Shown: positions 8,901 to 18,466 of the stretch, piece by piece
How the letters are laid out: each line of letters opens with the position of its first letter
Position numbering within the stretch: the first letter of the stretch is position 1
Source of the DNA: Candidatus Poribacteria bacterium
GTDB taxonomy: Bacteria; Poribacteria; WGA-4E; WGA-3G
Assembly: GCA_965242965.1 (NCBI GenBank)
Contig: OZ251518.1
Coordinates: 448,001-512,000 of the forward strand
Length of the DNA: 64,000 nt
Reading direction: 5' to 3'
Made by a program: the position numbers and the translations under genes
Notes under the pieces: model-generated
What the model was told of the DNA's origin: nothing
Databases searched by the model: none
The model's input: the letters and a program-made list of their open reading frames with translations, nothing else

Positions 8901-9994
8901 TCACCGGTATCGGTTACGATAGGAAGGTGACAGAGTCTCCTGCCACTTCCGGCACGCCGGGATATCCGAATGGTGCTGTCAAAACGGAAGCTGCCACGCC
9001 GAAGGGAAGTGTCACGCTCAGCGAAATCATGTTTGATTCTGCAGGTGGCACATTGCCGCAGTGGATCGAACTCTACAACAATTCCAAAACGGATGCAATC
9101 AATCTCAACCGCTGGAGGTTGGAGATTCAGAACGTCGACTCCGAGGATTTAGTCGGCCGCCCGATTGTCACGTTGACGTTAGGAGAAAAAGTGATTCAAC
9201 CGAATCAAACGTTGCTCATCGTCGCAGGTCCGGCGCGTGCGTCATCGGATTCGTATCTGCCGGCGGATAGAGTTTACGATCTGCTTGCACTGCATGAGAA
9301 GAATCTGCGTATCAAGCGTGCGCGGGATACGTTCTTGAGTACCGAGGGGTTCTACTTGCAACTCTCCGATAGAAACGGGAATCTGGTAGACGAAGTCGGG
9401 AATAGGGACAGCGACAGGCGTTCGGATGATGCGCCGGCATGGGCATTACCGCTGAGTTTTGAGGAAGGTTCGCGGAGTTCTGTCATTCGGCGTTACGATA
9501 AAGGGGTTGCGCTGCCGGGACGAAAGCGTGCGAGTTGGGTGTTGGCATCGCGCATCAAGCCGTTTGATGAGTCTCTCCATTACGGCCATGCTGAGGACAT
9601 CGGCACACCGGGGCATCGCGAAGGTGGTGCATTGCCGGTGGAGTTATCCAGTTTCTCGATGACGCGTAATGAAACAGGTGCTGTTGTCTTGACATGGACA
9701 ACCGAATCTGAGGTAGATAACGCCGGTTTCAATCTGCGTCGCAGTGAAAAGCGCGCGAGCGGTTTCACGCTCTTGAATCCTGCCTTAATCGCCGGTGCCG
9801 GCACGACGGGTGAACGTCAAACTTACACGTTTACCGACACATCGGCGAAGCCGGGAATTGAGTATTACTATCAGATCGAGGAAGTTGCGTTTGATGGGAA
9901 GCCGGAGACGTTAGTGACGCGGTTGTTGCCGGGTCCTGTTTCTGCATCTAATCGGATGCTGACGACATTCGGCGAAGTCAAGCAGCAGGAGTAA
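5912..9994 (+). CDS. Large secreted/surface protein with Ig-like modules, two lamin-tail domains and a C-terminal sorting-like tail
   Basis: 1360 aa; signal peptide ending AQA; SD GGAGG. Two related AGD(T/K)IE...(L/V)TFxYTV modules, LTD-like motifs IVFNEL..DWLELRN and LSEIMFD..QWIELYN, LPVELSSF...WTTESEVDNAGFNL domain, terminal RMLTTFGEVKQQE. Confidence 0.8.
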   Translation: MTSKSLFSLSLLLLATLAVSLGTGTEAQAQTYTINAVRIYVNPDMVDPSEDGMPVEFADARTSPIGGKLPKVANSSVGTLSTEGGGVEITATNAHDSTTPYTANAGDIIAIAFQVTATGGSVLHGSVISLAGWETGGPRGMVGVYTKPLYPSRLIEGSGGSAVTVPSPYNFTVVYAYPVRSDDMDADGDWLFHRSGNRPFHRWTGALNATYSAPITVRYPRIDGSVSTIPTVTRLTINRPPAGQSGRSRYYKVRQECLDHQRKYAAVYTNACELVQDHGWALPNDPTHPVTLANSLPTAFFKAGDTIEFQLQFSEEVIVTGAPILELMLDGGTGRMHYVPAGSGATTLTFRYTVQQGDTAFGGIAAWNAWGNIRDGNSIEDISGHKVNSVTRDVESAIRAFFAGQEGIRAEEAHPWLDPPGAHWKKYATGIAEYLVDTVPPTVWIPGLIKNGETHTDDRRNTFVSVEPTYLAVPTFTEADLRAVVTESESQTDAFDVEFRFFNWDGGALADEVGISFTGDDVEITGANVERADWAVETTYIGLDHRATNQWPPTDRAGQPAGSAHKPGHAKNSASFLVYKATIRPALGFQGNVSISLPAGATQDIAGNDSYASNTLTVPVNNPLRVVEKPEIVVPPAGVHTAGDKIEVEVTYDKENLRYEGENPPYVTLYLGEEVPANARHATWQRAEDANSTKVTFAYTVAATDTVAEAVRVPSVKIMVPEETSLLSGSLGASAERQSGTEERAAASGAAPTTVPTVEPSPLEDTSGREIAPVVSETPVVPVIYLPETSDPKAVASAVPRKPIVFNELGNGSGDADDWLELRNVTGDAVSLKDWELSIVQDGKKEDTSLIAFVEDVSVPANGLLLLVNTSPDKTSLAGGDNVETAEVETKGSSHQYLVKSELSLPDDGKFLLILRNAKDKRGLNEAFVDVAGGGGSDTDAFVREQTGDYDTHVWPLQVLQAPGGDTEDALGSGKVWQRAKADIVGYHKDAWAESAFTGIGYDRKVTESPATSGTPGYPNGAVKTEAATPKGSVTLSEIMFDSAGGTLPQWIELYNNSKTDAINLNRWRLEIQNVDSEDLVGRPIVTLTLGEKVIQPNQTLLIVAGPARASSDSYLPADRVYDLLALHEKNLRIKRARDTFLSTEGFYLQLSDRNGNLVDEVGNRDSDRRSDDAPAWALPLSFEEGSRSSVIRRYDKGVALPGRKRASWVLASRIKPFDESLHYGHAEDIGTPGHREGGALPVELSSFSMTRNETGAVVLTWTTESEVDNAGFNLRRSEKRASGFTLLNPALIAGAGTTGERQTYTFTDTSAKPGIEYYYQIEEVAFDGKPETLVTRLLPGPVSASNRMLTTFGEVKQQE

Positions 9995-10004
9995 ACGCAA
10001 TATC

Positions 10005-10430
10005 ACCGTAGCGCGGGGGCCTGTCCCCCGCGATGCCTCTAACTGTCTGAATCAGGATTTTCGGGATTTTAGGATTTTCAGGATTATCTCCCTCGCGGCG
10101 GTGAAACCTCTGTTGAAAAGGACAGCACAGAGCCTACGGACCTAAAACTCCATTTTCCAGCAGTGCCGCATCGGTTGGAGACCAGGGTCCCTAATCTTGC
10201 TAATCGTGATAATCTTGTAAATCCTGCTTCAGACGATTGGCACGGCGAGGGACAGGCCCTCGCCCTACGGTAAAACGGGCCGTTCTGGATACCGTAGCGC
10301 GGGGGCCTGTCCCCCGCGATCGCCTGATAGACCGCAGCATGGCGAGGGACAGGCCCTCGCCCTACGATAAAACAAACCATACTGAATCCATCGCGCGGGG
10401 GAAAACCCATCCCCCGCGCTTTTTTTGTGC
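10005..10430. repeat. REP-A copies plus an inverted pair of 9-bp-periodic AATCCTG/CAGGATT repeats
   Basis: REP-A at about 10006, 10243, 10292 and 10340. caggattttcgggattttaggattttcaggatt (10054-10085) faces aatcttgctaatcgtgataatcttgtaaatcctg (10193-10226). A hairpin plus T-run lies at about 10395-10427. Confidence 0.8.
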
Positions 10431-10487
10431 TTTTCAGACAATAAATGCGCAATACAACCAGACAAAAATCCCCAAAACCATTTTAAC

Positions 10488-10627
10488 TTGACTTTTCACG
10501 TGAAATTATGATATAATTATATCCAGTGTGATTTCGTTCAGAAGAAAATGGCGTGCGCGCCTAAAGAACGGAATCTTTCTGAATTATATCAAAACGTTTG
10601 CAAATGTATCGTGCTCTGTGCTATAAT
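10488..10627 (+). promoter_or_regulatory. Tandem sigma70-type promoters for the rimP-nusA-infB operon
   Basis: TTGACT-18-TATAAT (10488-10517) and TTGCAA-18-TATAAT (10598-10627), both with TG extension. Confidence 0.6.
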
Positions 10628-10637
10628 AGGAGAAATA

Positions 10638-11087
10638 ATGACAGAAACCGAAAAGTCCGCCATTGTTGAGATGTTAACTCCGCTATTGTCCAGCGATGGC
10701 ATTGAATTGGTAGACGTTGAGGCGCATGGTAAGTCGTTACGCCTCTTAATTCACAAACATGGTGGGTTATCGGTGGCCGATTGCCAAGCGGTGAACCTAC
10801 TCGTTCATCCGATTTTGGCAGTGCATCAGCATTTAGCATCTTATACGCAGTTGGAAGTAGCGTCGCCGGGGATAGACAGACCTTTGAGAACGGCGGCGGA
10901 TTTTCGGCGGAATCAGGGACGGCGCGTTCGGATTGAGGCTATCGGGGAAAACGGACAACCCACCGAGGTGCAAGGCACGGTAGAGGAAGTATCGGCTGAG
11001 CGCGTGACACTCACGCAATCCCGCGGTCGGCGCGTTCACGTCGCGCTATCGCGTATTCGCAATGCACAGATAGAGTTGGAGTGGTGA
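10638..11087 (+). CDS. rimP: Ribosome maturation factor RimP
   Basis: IELVDVE, LRLLIHK.GGLSVADC, LEVASPGIDRPL motifs; first gene before nusA. SD AGGAG precedes ATG 10638 (ORF track starts at 10548). Confidence 0.92.
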   Translation: MTETEKSAIVEMLTPLLSSDGIELVDVEAHGKSLRLLIHKHGGLSVADCQAVNLLVHPILAVHQHLASYTQLEVASPGIDRPLRTAADFRRNQGRRVRIEAIGENGQPTEVQGTVEEVSAERVTLTQSRGRRVHVALSRIRNAQIELEW

Positions 11088-11216
11088 GAAGCCCGTTTCG
11101 TTATCGGGACTCAGGCTCCCGGTGTACTCGCATCGAGACCAGGAGAGCTCTCCTACCGCGGGCCGGCACTACAAACGGTGATGGAGTCTCACACAATTTG
11201 AGAAAGGAGGGGGAGG

Positions 11217-12704
11217 ATGTTAGCAAATCTGCAAAATGTTCTTCGTCAAAACACAGCGCATACGGAGTTGCCGGAGCATGTTTTCGTTGACGCGATAGAG
11301 GCGGCACTGCTCGCTGCGGCACGCCGTGTTTACGGTGCGAATGCCGATGTCTCTGTGGAGATTAACCTTGACGCAAGCGAGATACGGTGCTATGTACCGA
11401 AAACCGTTGTCAACATTATGCGGGATTTCTCGACAGAGATTCCGATTGATACCGCGCGACGGCTCCATGCAGGCGCGGAACTTGGCCAAACGCTTGAGGT
11501 GGAAATTAACCCGATGGAGTTTGGACGCATTCCGGCGCAATTGGCGCGGCAAATCCTGCGTCAAAAAATAAAAGAGGCGGAACGCGCAAAAATCTACGAG
11601 GAATTTGAAAACCGCGAGGGTGAACTTGTCACAGGCCATATACAGCGGTTTGAGCGCGGCGGCTTCATTCTCGATCTGGAGCAAACGGAGGCGTTTCTAC
11701 CAGTGCGCGAGGTGCCCCAAGGGCACCATTACGAACGCGGCAAACGACTGCAATGCCTCATCTTGCAAGTGCGCGATGCCAACCGCGGCGCGCCTGTTAT
11801 CGTCTCTCGCACGCATAAAAACCTTATCCAGGGGTTATTTGAGCAAGAGGTGCCCGAAATCTTTGAAGGACAGGTGGAAATCGTCGCAATCGCACGCGAC
11901 CCGGGCAAACGCTCAAAAGTTGCTGTCACCGCAAATGATGAAGCGATAGATGCCGTCGGCACCTGCGTCGGTGTCAAAGGTGTTCGCGTCCAAGCAATCG
12001 TCGCCGAATTGGATGACGAGAAAATCGATCTGATTGAATGGAGCGATGACCCGAGGGTTTTTATCGGCAACTCGCTTTGTCCGGCAGAGGTGTCTCGGGT
12101 GGAGATGAGCGACTCTAACAGAAGCGCGCGCGTCGTTGTCCCAGACAATAAACTCTCTCTCGCCATCGGGCGGCGGGGACAAAACGCCCGGCTCGCCGCG
12201 AAACTGACCGGGTGGAAAGTTGACATCAAGAGCGAATCCGAAGCCGGCGTATCTATTGATGCACTCTTCAAACCGGAAGCAACCGAAGAAGGCATCGCGG
12301 GCGCGGAGATATTCACGGACGCGCCGACTGGACAAACGTTGCTGACGGAAGCGGACGCGCCTGCCGATGAAACCACGCTCTTGCAAGAAGCGGAAGCCGA
12401 CGAAGAAGGACAGGAAGCGATGCTGACAACAGAGACATCGGTACCTGTTAGTGACGATGTGGACAATGTGGACAATGTGGACGATGTGATAGAAATAGCA
12501 CCGGACGAAGCACCGGCAACGGCAGTGCCTGAAGAGGCGACAACTGAAACTGACGATGAACCCGAACCGGCCGAAGAAAGCGAGCCGCGAGAGGAGAAGA
12601 CGGCTGACGGTTCGGACGTAACTGCCGCGGAATTGCCGGATGAACTTTTCCTTGAAGATTTTGAGTTTGAGGAAGAGGAAGCGTTTGACGACGAGAAGAT
12701 GTAA
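11217..12704 (+). CDS. nusA: Transcription termination/antitermination factor NusA with acidic C-terminal tail
   Basis: FGRIPAQ, S1 region, ARDPGKRSKVAV, CVGVKGVRV, LAIGRRGQNARLAAKLTGWKVDI. Confidence 0.97.
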   Translation: MLANLQNVLRQNTAHTELPEHVFVDAIEAALLAAARRVYGANADVSVEINLDASEIRCYVPKTVVNIMRDFSTEIPIDTARRLHAGAELGQTLEVEINPMEFGRIPAQLARQILRQKIKEAERAKIYEEFENREGELVTGHIQRFERGGFILDLEQTEAFLPVREVPQGHHYERGKRLQCLILQVRDANRGAPVIVSRTHKNLIQGLFEQEVPEIFEGQVEIVAIARDPGKRSKVAVTANDEAIDAVGTCVGVKGVRVQAIVAELDDEKIDLIEWSDDPRVFIGNSLCPAEVSRVEMSDSNRSARVVVPDNKLSLAIGRRGQNARLAAKLTGWKVDIKSESEAGVSIDALFKPEATEEGIAGAEIFTDAPTGQTLLTEADAPADETTLLQEAEADEEGQEAMLTTETSVPVSDDVDNVDNVDDVIEIAPDEAPATAVPEEATTETDDEPEPAEESEPREEKTADGSDVTAAELPDELFLEDFEFEEEEAFDDEKM

Positions 12705-12739
12705 ACGCCTCGTCCGTTTTCCCTAGGAGCTGGACTGCT

Positions 12740-12970
12740 ATGGCGAAACAGCCTATTCGCACCTGTATCGGATGCCGCGGCAAATTTCCGCAACGGCACC
12801 TCATCCGCTTCGCATGCCAAGAGGGACGAACGGTGCAACCAGACCGGCGCAAGAATCTCCCCGGGCGCGGTGTCTACACCTGTCGTTCGGAAACGTGTAT
12901 CGAGAATGCGTTTTTCCGGAAAGGCAGCCGATATCGGCTCGTCGGAGTCAAACAGGAGGAATTATTATGA
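12740..12970 (+). CDS. ylxR: YlxR/DUF448 RNA-binding protein
   Basis: PIRTCIGCR...LIRF...GRGVYTC...C; canonical position between nusA and infB. Confidence 0.88.
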   Translation: MAKQPIRTCIGCRGKFPQRHLIRFACQEGRTVQPDRRKNLPGRGVYTCRSETCIENAFFRKGSRYRLVGVKQEELL

Positions 12971-15042
12971 GAGATGGCCCACGGCGGAGGCCAAGAAGAG
13001 CCAAAGCGAATCGTGAGGACAATCAAACTGCTACCCCCGGTACGCGGGTTCACGAATTAGCAAAGCAGTATAAGGTGCGGAGCAAAGTCCTGATGGAACT
13101 GCTCGCAACGCACGGCATTCGTGTCAAAAACCACATGAGTCTGCTTGACGAGAAAGCCGTTCAGTTAGTCAAGGAGGGATTGGGAGAGGTTTCGCCGGAA
13201 GAAGATGCATCGAGTTCGGCGAGTTCGGAGCGTTCGGAAAGGACAGAGCGGCCGGACGGTTCGGCAAAACGCGCCGCCGCCCCTCAGTCCAGAACGCCCG
13301 TGCGCGTCACCGAAGGCATCACCGTTGCCGGCTTGGCGGATTCACTCCATTTACAACCGAACGAGCTCATCATGCGCTTGATGAACCTGAAGGTGATGGC
13401 AAACATCAATCAGCGGTTGGATTACGACACGCTGACGATGCTTGGAACGCATCTGGACTTTGAGGCACTCAAAGCACCGAAGCTGGAAGACGAATTACTG
13501 GCAGAAATCCCAGACCCGCCAGCATCGCTCCAGCCGAGGGCCCCAGTGATTACCATCATGGGGCACGTAGACCACGGTAAAACGTCGCTTTTGGACCGGA
13601 TTCGGCAATCAAACATCAGCGCATCGGAAGCCGGAAATATCACACAACATATTGGGGCTTACCATGTAATGCTGGACACCGGGAGCATCGTTTTCTTAGA
13701 CACGCCCGGCCACGCCGCTTTTACGGCGATGCGGGCGCGCGGCGCACAAGTAACGGACATCGTCGTCCTGATTGTCGCCGCTGACGACGGCGTGATGCCA
13801 CAGACGATAGAGGCACTCAATCACGCCAAGGCGGCGAACGTCCCCATCGTTGTCGCTGTTAATAAGATTGATGTCTCCGGGGCGCGACCGGATTTTGTCA
13901 AGCAACAACTCTCAACGCATGAGCTGGTCCCCGAGGAATGGGGAGGACAGACAATTTGCGTCGAGACCTCGGCGATAGAAGGGACAGGCATCGACTTTTT
14001 GTTGGAGATGCTCCTGCTTGAAGCCGCACTCTTGGAGTTGAAAGCGAATCCGGATAAACGGGCACGCGGCATTGTCATTGAAGCACAAGTGGACAAAGGC
14101 CGCGGCGCAGTTGCAACCGTCCTCGTGCAATCGGGAACGTTGAAGGTGGGCGACGTGTTCGTTTCCGGCAGATATTCCGGGAAAGTCCGCGCCATGATGG
14201 ATGACATGGGGAAACGGATGAAAGTGGCGGGGCCTGCCATTCCAGTGGAGGTGCTCGGCTTTACAGGGGTTCCGGAGGCCGGAGACAGGTTCCATGTCGT
14301 CGGGTCGGAAAAGGATGCCAGAACCATCAGCGAAACACGACAGGACGAATACCGAACGGCGAAACTCGGCGCGAAAAGCCATGTGAGTCTTGACGCGCTC
14401 TACCAGCAGATTCAGGAAGGCGAAGTCAAGGAGTTGAACATTATCGTCAAAGGCGATGTGCAGGGCTCCGTGCAAGCTGTCTCTGAATCCCTAGTCAATC
14501 TGAGCACCGATGAGGTGAAAATCAACATCATCCACCAAGCGACCGGGGGGATTACGGAGACAGACATTCTCCTCGCCTCGGCATCGGAGGCTATCGTCGT
14601 CGGTTTTAACGTTCATCCGACAACCGAAGCGGTGCAGGCGAAGGAGACTGAGGGGATTGATGTCCGCACCTATAACATCATCTATCACCTCATTTCCGAT
14701 ATCCGCTCAGCGATGGAAGGGCTGCTTGAGCCGGAGGTGCGCGAGGTTGTTATCGGGCGCGCCGAAGTGCGGGAGCTCTTCAAGGTGCCGCGCCTCGGCC
14801 TGGTCGCGGGTAGTTACGTCAACTGGGGTAGAATTTCCTATAACCAACCCTTGCGGGTGCTTCGTGACAACCGCTTAATTCACGAAGGCAAGGTGCATTC
14901 ACTGCGCCGGTTCAAGGACAGCGTGAACGAGGTGCAGGCGAACTATGAATGTGGTATCGGCATTGAGACATTCGCGGACTTACAGGTTGGCGATGTCTTG
15001 GAATGCTACGTTCATGAACAGATAGCCAGATCGCTTTCGTAA
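12967..15042 (+). CDS. infB: Translation initiation factor IF-2
   Basis: [42 protein letters not shown] precedes ATG 12967 (ATGA overlap with ylxR); ORF track starts at 12772. Confidence 0.97.
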   Translation: MRDGPRRRPRRAKANREDNQTATPGTRVHELAKQYKVRSKVLMELLATHGIRVKNHMSLLDEKAVQLVKEGLGEVSPEEDASSSASSERSERTERPDGSAKRAAAPQSRTPVRVTEGITVAGLADSLHLQPNELIMRLMNLKVMANINQRLDYDTLTMLGTHLDFEALKAPKLEDELLAEIPDPPASLQPRAPVITIMGHVDHGKTSLLDRIRQSNISASEAGNITQHIGAYHVMLDTGSIVFLDTPGHAAFTAMRARGAQVTDIVVLIVAADDGVMPQTIEALNHAKAANVPIVVAVNKIDVSGARPDFVKQQLSTHELVPEEWGGQTICVETSAIEGTGIDFLLEMLLLEAALLELKANPDKRARGIVIEAQVDKGRGAVATVLVQSGTLKVGDVFVSGRYSGKVRAMMDDMGKRMKVAGPAIPVEVLGFTGVPEAGDRFHVVGSEKDARTISETRQDEYRTAKLGAKSHVSLDALYQQIQEGEVKELNIIVKGDVQGSVQAVSESLVNLSTDEVKINIIHQATGGITETDILLASASEAIVVGFNVHPTTEAVQAKETEGIDVRTYNIIYHLISDIRSAMEGLLEPEVREVVIGRAEVRELFKVPRLGLVAGSYVNWGRISYNQPLRVLRDNRLIHEGKVHSLRRFKDSVNEVQANYECGIGIETFADLQVGDVLECYVHEQIARSLS

Positions 15043-15051
15043 GGCGCGCGC

Positions 15052-15336
15052 ATGCACATCGGTGTCTGTAAGCTCCATCTTCGCATCCCTGAAAGCCGTT
15101 CGCTGAAGACGAAGCGGCGTGTTGTCAAGAGCCTCATCGCCCGGCTCAAAAATCGGTTCAATGTGGCCGTAGCCGAGGTGGCGGCGTTGGATGCGCATCA
15201 GTCTGCTGTGTTAGCCGCCGTTTCGGTTTCCAACGACGCGGCACATCTAAACAGGCTTTTCGCGCACGTGATAACCTTTATTGAGACGCATACCGATGCC
15301 GAATTGGTGGATTATGAAACAGAGTTTTTCTTTTGA
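15052..15336 (+). CDS. DUF503 (YlxP) family protein
   Basis: SRSLKTKRRVVKSLIARLKNRFNVAVAEV; canonical position after infB. Confidence 0.9.
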   Translation: MHIGVCKLHLRIPESRSLKTKRRVVKSLIARLKNRFNVAVAEVAALDAHQSAVLAAVSVSNDAAHLNRLFAHVITFIETHTDAELVDYETEFFF

Positions 15337-15403
15337 CACGCCGCCGCGAAGCGGTAAAGCGCGTCTCCTGGGCTACTGGCGCGCTGCTGCATCAGGCTAA
15401 ATT

Positions 15404-15675
15404 GAGGGTGTTTCATAAATCGTCCAACGTCGCGGTGACAGGCCCTCGCGTTATTGAGCGCGCGCTCCCCGCCTGTAGGTCAGGATCGCCTGATCCTGAC
15501 CCGTTTGTGATCAGGCGATCACAAACTACAGACAGGGGGAAACATCGTGACGATGGAGATCGCGGGGGACAGGCCCCCGCGCTACGGGCACATCGAGACC
15601 GGGAGGTCTCTCCTACGGGGACATCGCTCGCATTGAGACCGGGAGGGCGCGCCAACGGATTTATGAAACACCCTC
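15404..15675. mobile_element. MITE-like element (272 bp) with REP cargo, copy 1
   Basis: 17-bp TIR gagggtgtttcataaat/atttatgaaacaccctc; flanking direct repeat aggctaaatt/agcctaaatt (9/10). Interior holds REP-A, REP-B and a gtaggtcaggatcgcctgatcctgac hairpin pair. Confidence 0.8.
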
Positions 15676-15696
15676 AGCCTAAATTAGGAAACTGAC

Positions 15697-16083
15697 ATGA
15701 CAAACAATAGAAGGCAAGACCGGGTGGGGGCCCTCATCCAACGGGAGTTAAGCGAGATTATCCAACGTTCCATCAAGGACCCGCGTGTTGCGTTTTGCAC
15801 CGTTACGCAGGCTGCAGTATCGCCGGACTTGAAGTATGTAGATGTCAAAGTGAGCGTTATCGGCGATGCAGAGCAGAAAAAGAAAACGCTCGCCGGTCTG
15901 AAAAGCGCGACCGGTTTTATGCGGCGGGAGATCGGCCGCCGCCTCACGCTCCGCTATTCCCCAGAATTGCGGTTCGCGTTGGACGAATCGGTCGATCATC
16001 TGATGAGAATAGACGAACTCCTGCGTTCAGACGAGGTAGAAAGTGACTCTCAGGAGTTAGACAGATCAGACAGACAGGACTAA
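15697..16083 (+). CDS. rbfA: Ribosome-binding factor A
   Basis: RVGALIQRELSEII..IKDPRV, SPDLKY, LRYSPELRFALDES. Confidence 0.96.
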   Translation: MTNNRRQDRVGALIQRELSEIIQRSIKDPRVAFCTVTQAAVSPDLKYVDVKVSVIGDAEQKKKTLAGLKSATGFMRREIGRRLTLRYSPELRFALDESVDHLMRIDELLRSDEVESDSQELDRSDRQD

Positions 16084-16088
16084 AGGCT

Positions 16089-17138
16089 ATGCGTAATTGT
16101 GGTGAACTCCTCACACTATTTGAGCAGTATGAGACATTCGCACTGTCAACGCACATTCGTCCCGATGGGGATGCTATCGGCGCGGTGCTGGGCCTCTATT
16201 TTTTCCTCAAGAAGCTTGGGAAATCGGTGAGGATATTTAATACCGATGAAGTGCCCGAGACGTATCGGTTTCTGCCATCTTGGGATGCGATTGAGGGGTT
16301 AGATGCTGTCGGCAGGTATCGTCCGGAGGTGTTGGTGGTGCTAGACGCAAGTACTCATGAGCGCATCGGCATGAAGTTGGCAAAAAAGTTGCTGCCGTTA
16401 GAGGTGCTGGTTAACATAGACCATCACGCTACGGCGGAGGCGTTCGGGGATGTGAACGTAATTGATGCGGATGCCTCGTCAACTTCGGAGATTGTCTATC
16501 GGCTAATCAAGGCGTATGCACAGCGCGAGAGTGCTGCGCTGGAAGTCTGGCTGTGCGAAGCGAGCGCGCTCTGTCTCTATACCGGCATCATGTTTGACAC
16601 CGGCTGTTTTCGGCATAGCAATGCGACGGCTGAAACGCATCGGGTTGCGGCGGCACTGATCGAGATAGGCGAGTTTCCACCCGATGAAGTCTACCGCAAT
16701 GTTTACGAACAGGTGCCTGTCTCTAAAATTCGCCTGTTGCGCGAAATTCTTGGCACGTTGAACCTCGCCGCTCACGGGAAGATTGCCTCGGTTTACGTCA
16801 CGCAGGAAATGTTTGATAAAACTGGCACGGGCCCGGAATCGGTGGAAGGTGTCGCGAATCAACTCCAAGCGATTGCCGGAGTTGAGGTGGCAATCTGTGT
16901 TACCGAACTTGCCGATGGCAACGCGCGGGTGAGTCTCCGGAGCAAGGGGAATGTTGATGTCAGCGCGCTCGCCGCGGAATTCAAGGGCGGCGGGCACAAA
17001 CGCGCCGCAGGGTGCCGGGTGGAGATGTCTTATCTCGTAACTGTTGAAAAACTCGTTGCAAGGGCACACCGATACATCCCGCTGTCTCAGGAGTCATCCC
17101 AACATCCGGGAAATCTTGAAAATCCTGCTCGGTATTGA
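16089..17138 (+). CDS. nrnA: DHH/DHHA1 phosphoesterase (NrnA-like oligoribonuclease/pAp phosphatase)
   Basis: HIRPDGDAIG, VLDAS, NIDHH, DTGCF, SLRSK, GGGHKRAAG. Confidence 0.9.
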   Translation: MRNCGELLTLFEQYETFALSTHIRPDGDAIGAVLGLYFFLKKLGKSVRIFNTDEVPETYRFLPSWDAIEGLDAVGRYRPEVLVVLDASTHERIGMKLAKKLLPLEVLVNIDHHATAEAFGDVNVIDADASSTSEIVYRLIKAYAQRESAALEVWLCEASALCLYTGIMFDTGCFRHSNATAETHRVAAALIEIGEFPPDEVYRNVYEQVPVSKIRLLREILGTLNLAAHGKIASVYVTQEMFDKTGTGPESVEGVANQLQAIAGVEVAICVTELADGNARVSLRSKGNVDVSALAAEFKGGGHKRAAGCRVEMSYLVTVEKLVARAHRYIPLSQESSQHPGNLENPARY

Positions 17139-17147
17139 GAGGAAAAC

Positions 17148-18122
17148 GTGGAAGTTTTTTATTCTATGGACGACATACCCGAATTGGACAGGGACGCGGC
17201 GGTAACCTTCGGCGTGTTTGACGGAGTCCATATTGGACATCAAGCCGTTATTGAGACGCTTCTTGCACGTGCGAAACACGATAACCTACTCAGCATTCTG
17301 GTGGGATTTTATCCGCATCCGCTGGCATTTCTTGCACCAGAACGGTGCCCGCGTATCTTAATGCCGCTGTCCAAACGCATTAAAATTCTTGAACAACTCG
17401 GCATCAACAAGACAGTCATTCTCCGTTTTGACGCACAGATTGCTTCGATGTCCCCGGCTAATTTTGTGGAGCGCGTGCTGTTAGAGAAGTGTCGCGCCAA
17501 GCAGATTATCGTCGGATACGCGTGCCAGTTTGGAAAAGGACGGGAGGGCAATGCGGCATTCTTGGAGGCACACAGCCAGAACCGGCCCTTTGAAGTCTCT
17601 GTCGTTCCGCCGACACAGATTAACGGTTCGCCTGTCCATAGCACCCGTATCCGTGATGCCATCGCGCGGGGTGATTTGGGTTGGAGTGCGCAGCTGCTCG
17701 GCCGCAGCTATTCAATTATCGGTAATGTGGTTCACGGGGATGGGCGCGGCAAGCACCTCGGCTTTCCGACAGCGAATATCGAGATGGAGAACCAAGTGTG
17801 TCCCCCGAACGGCGTTTACGCCATCCGTGCGCGGTTAATGCCCGATTGCGAAGGCGCGCTTGCTATTGATGGCGTTTTAAACATCGGCACCCGGCCGACA
17901 TTCGCGGGCGCGACGTTTCAGATAGAGGCGCATTTCTTCGATTTTGATGAGACTATCTATGGAAAATCGGTGGAGATATTTTTCGTTGATAAAATCCGAA
18001 GTGAACGGAAGTTCCCGGGGGTTGACGCGCTGGTCCAGCAAATTCAACGAGATATCGCCGCCGCAACCGAGATTCTTGCGGAGGCAGAGCCTTTAGCAGC
18101 GGCGAGACCGGGGAGGGCTTAG
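17148..18122 (+). CDS. ribF: Bifunctional riboflavin kinase/FAD synthetase
   Basis: GVFDGVHIGHQ, STRIR, GRGKHLGFPTAN, NIGTRPTF, EAHFFDF, IRSERKF. Confidence 0.96.
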   Translation: MEVFYSMDDIPELDRDAAVTFGVFDGVHIGHQAVIETLLARAKHDNLLSILVGFYPHPLAFLAPERCPRILMPLSKRIKILEQLGINKTVILRFDAQIASMSPANFVERVLLEKCRAKQIIVGYACQFGKGREGNAAFLEAHSQNRPFEVSVVPPTQINGSPVHSTRIRDAIARGDLGWSAQLLGRSYSIIGNVVHGDGRGKHLGFPTANIEMENQVCPPNGVYAIRARLMPDCEGALAIDGVLNIGTRPTFAGATFQIEAHFFDFDETIYGKSVEIFFVDKIRSERKFPGVDALVQQIQRDIAAATEILAEAEPLAAARPGRA

Positions 18123-18340
18123 TAGCATCGAGACCAGGAGGTCTCTCCTACCTCCGTAGGGCGAGGGCCTGTCCCTCGCCGAGGGCTCTCTTACCACCGT
18201 AGGGCGAGGGCCTGTCCCTCGCCATGCTTCGGTCTACCGGAAACTCGCGGGGGAAACCCTCTCGGATGCGCGTGTGGCATCCGAGGGCCCCCGCGCTACG
18301 GTACTTTGACATTTTCTTGCCAGGTCTCTCCTACGGGGAG
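18103..18340. repeat. REP cluster (families A and B) after ribF, including a REP with a nested hairpin
   Basis: catcgagaccaggaggtctctcctac, two cgtagggcgagggcctgtccctcgcc copies, and gcgggggaaaccctctcggatgc...gcatccgagggcccccgcgctac. Confidence 0.85.
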
Positions 18341-18431
18341 ATCGGAGGTCCTCAGCAGCGGCGATAGGCAACTCCTTGCGCGCCGATATTACGGATGCTT
18401 CGCGGAAAAAATCTCACAAAATCATTTTAAT

Positions 18432-18460
18432 TTGAATTCTCTGTCAATTTGTGGTATAAT
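18432..18460 (+). promoter_or_regulatory. sigma70-type promoter for rpsO-pnp
   Basis: TTGAAT, 17 nt, TG-g-TATAAT. Confidence 0.7.
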
Positions 18461-18466
18461 ATATAA

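Noticed and set aside
11729-12838. 369-aa antisense ORF over nusA, the 324-aa antisense ORF over the LRR repeats, and many similar shadows
   Set aside because: These are antisense shadows of well-supported genes, expected from codon bias and repeats.
12772-12966. N-terminal extensions of infB, nuoA, nuoB, gcvH, trkA, atpE, the amidohydrolase and the DUF6599-like gene in the ORF track
   Set aside because: They overlap upstream genes or REPs; better-supported downstream starts exist (SD or conserved N-terminus).
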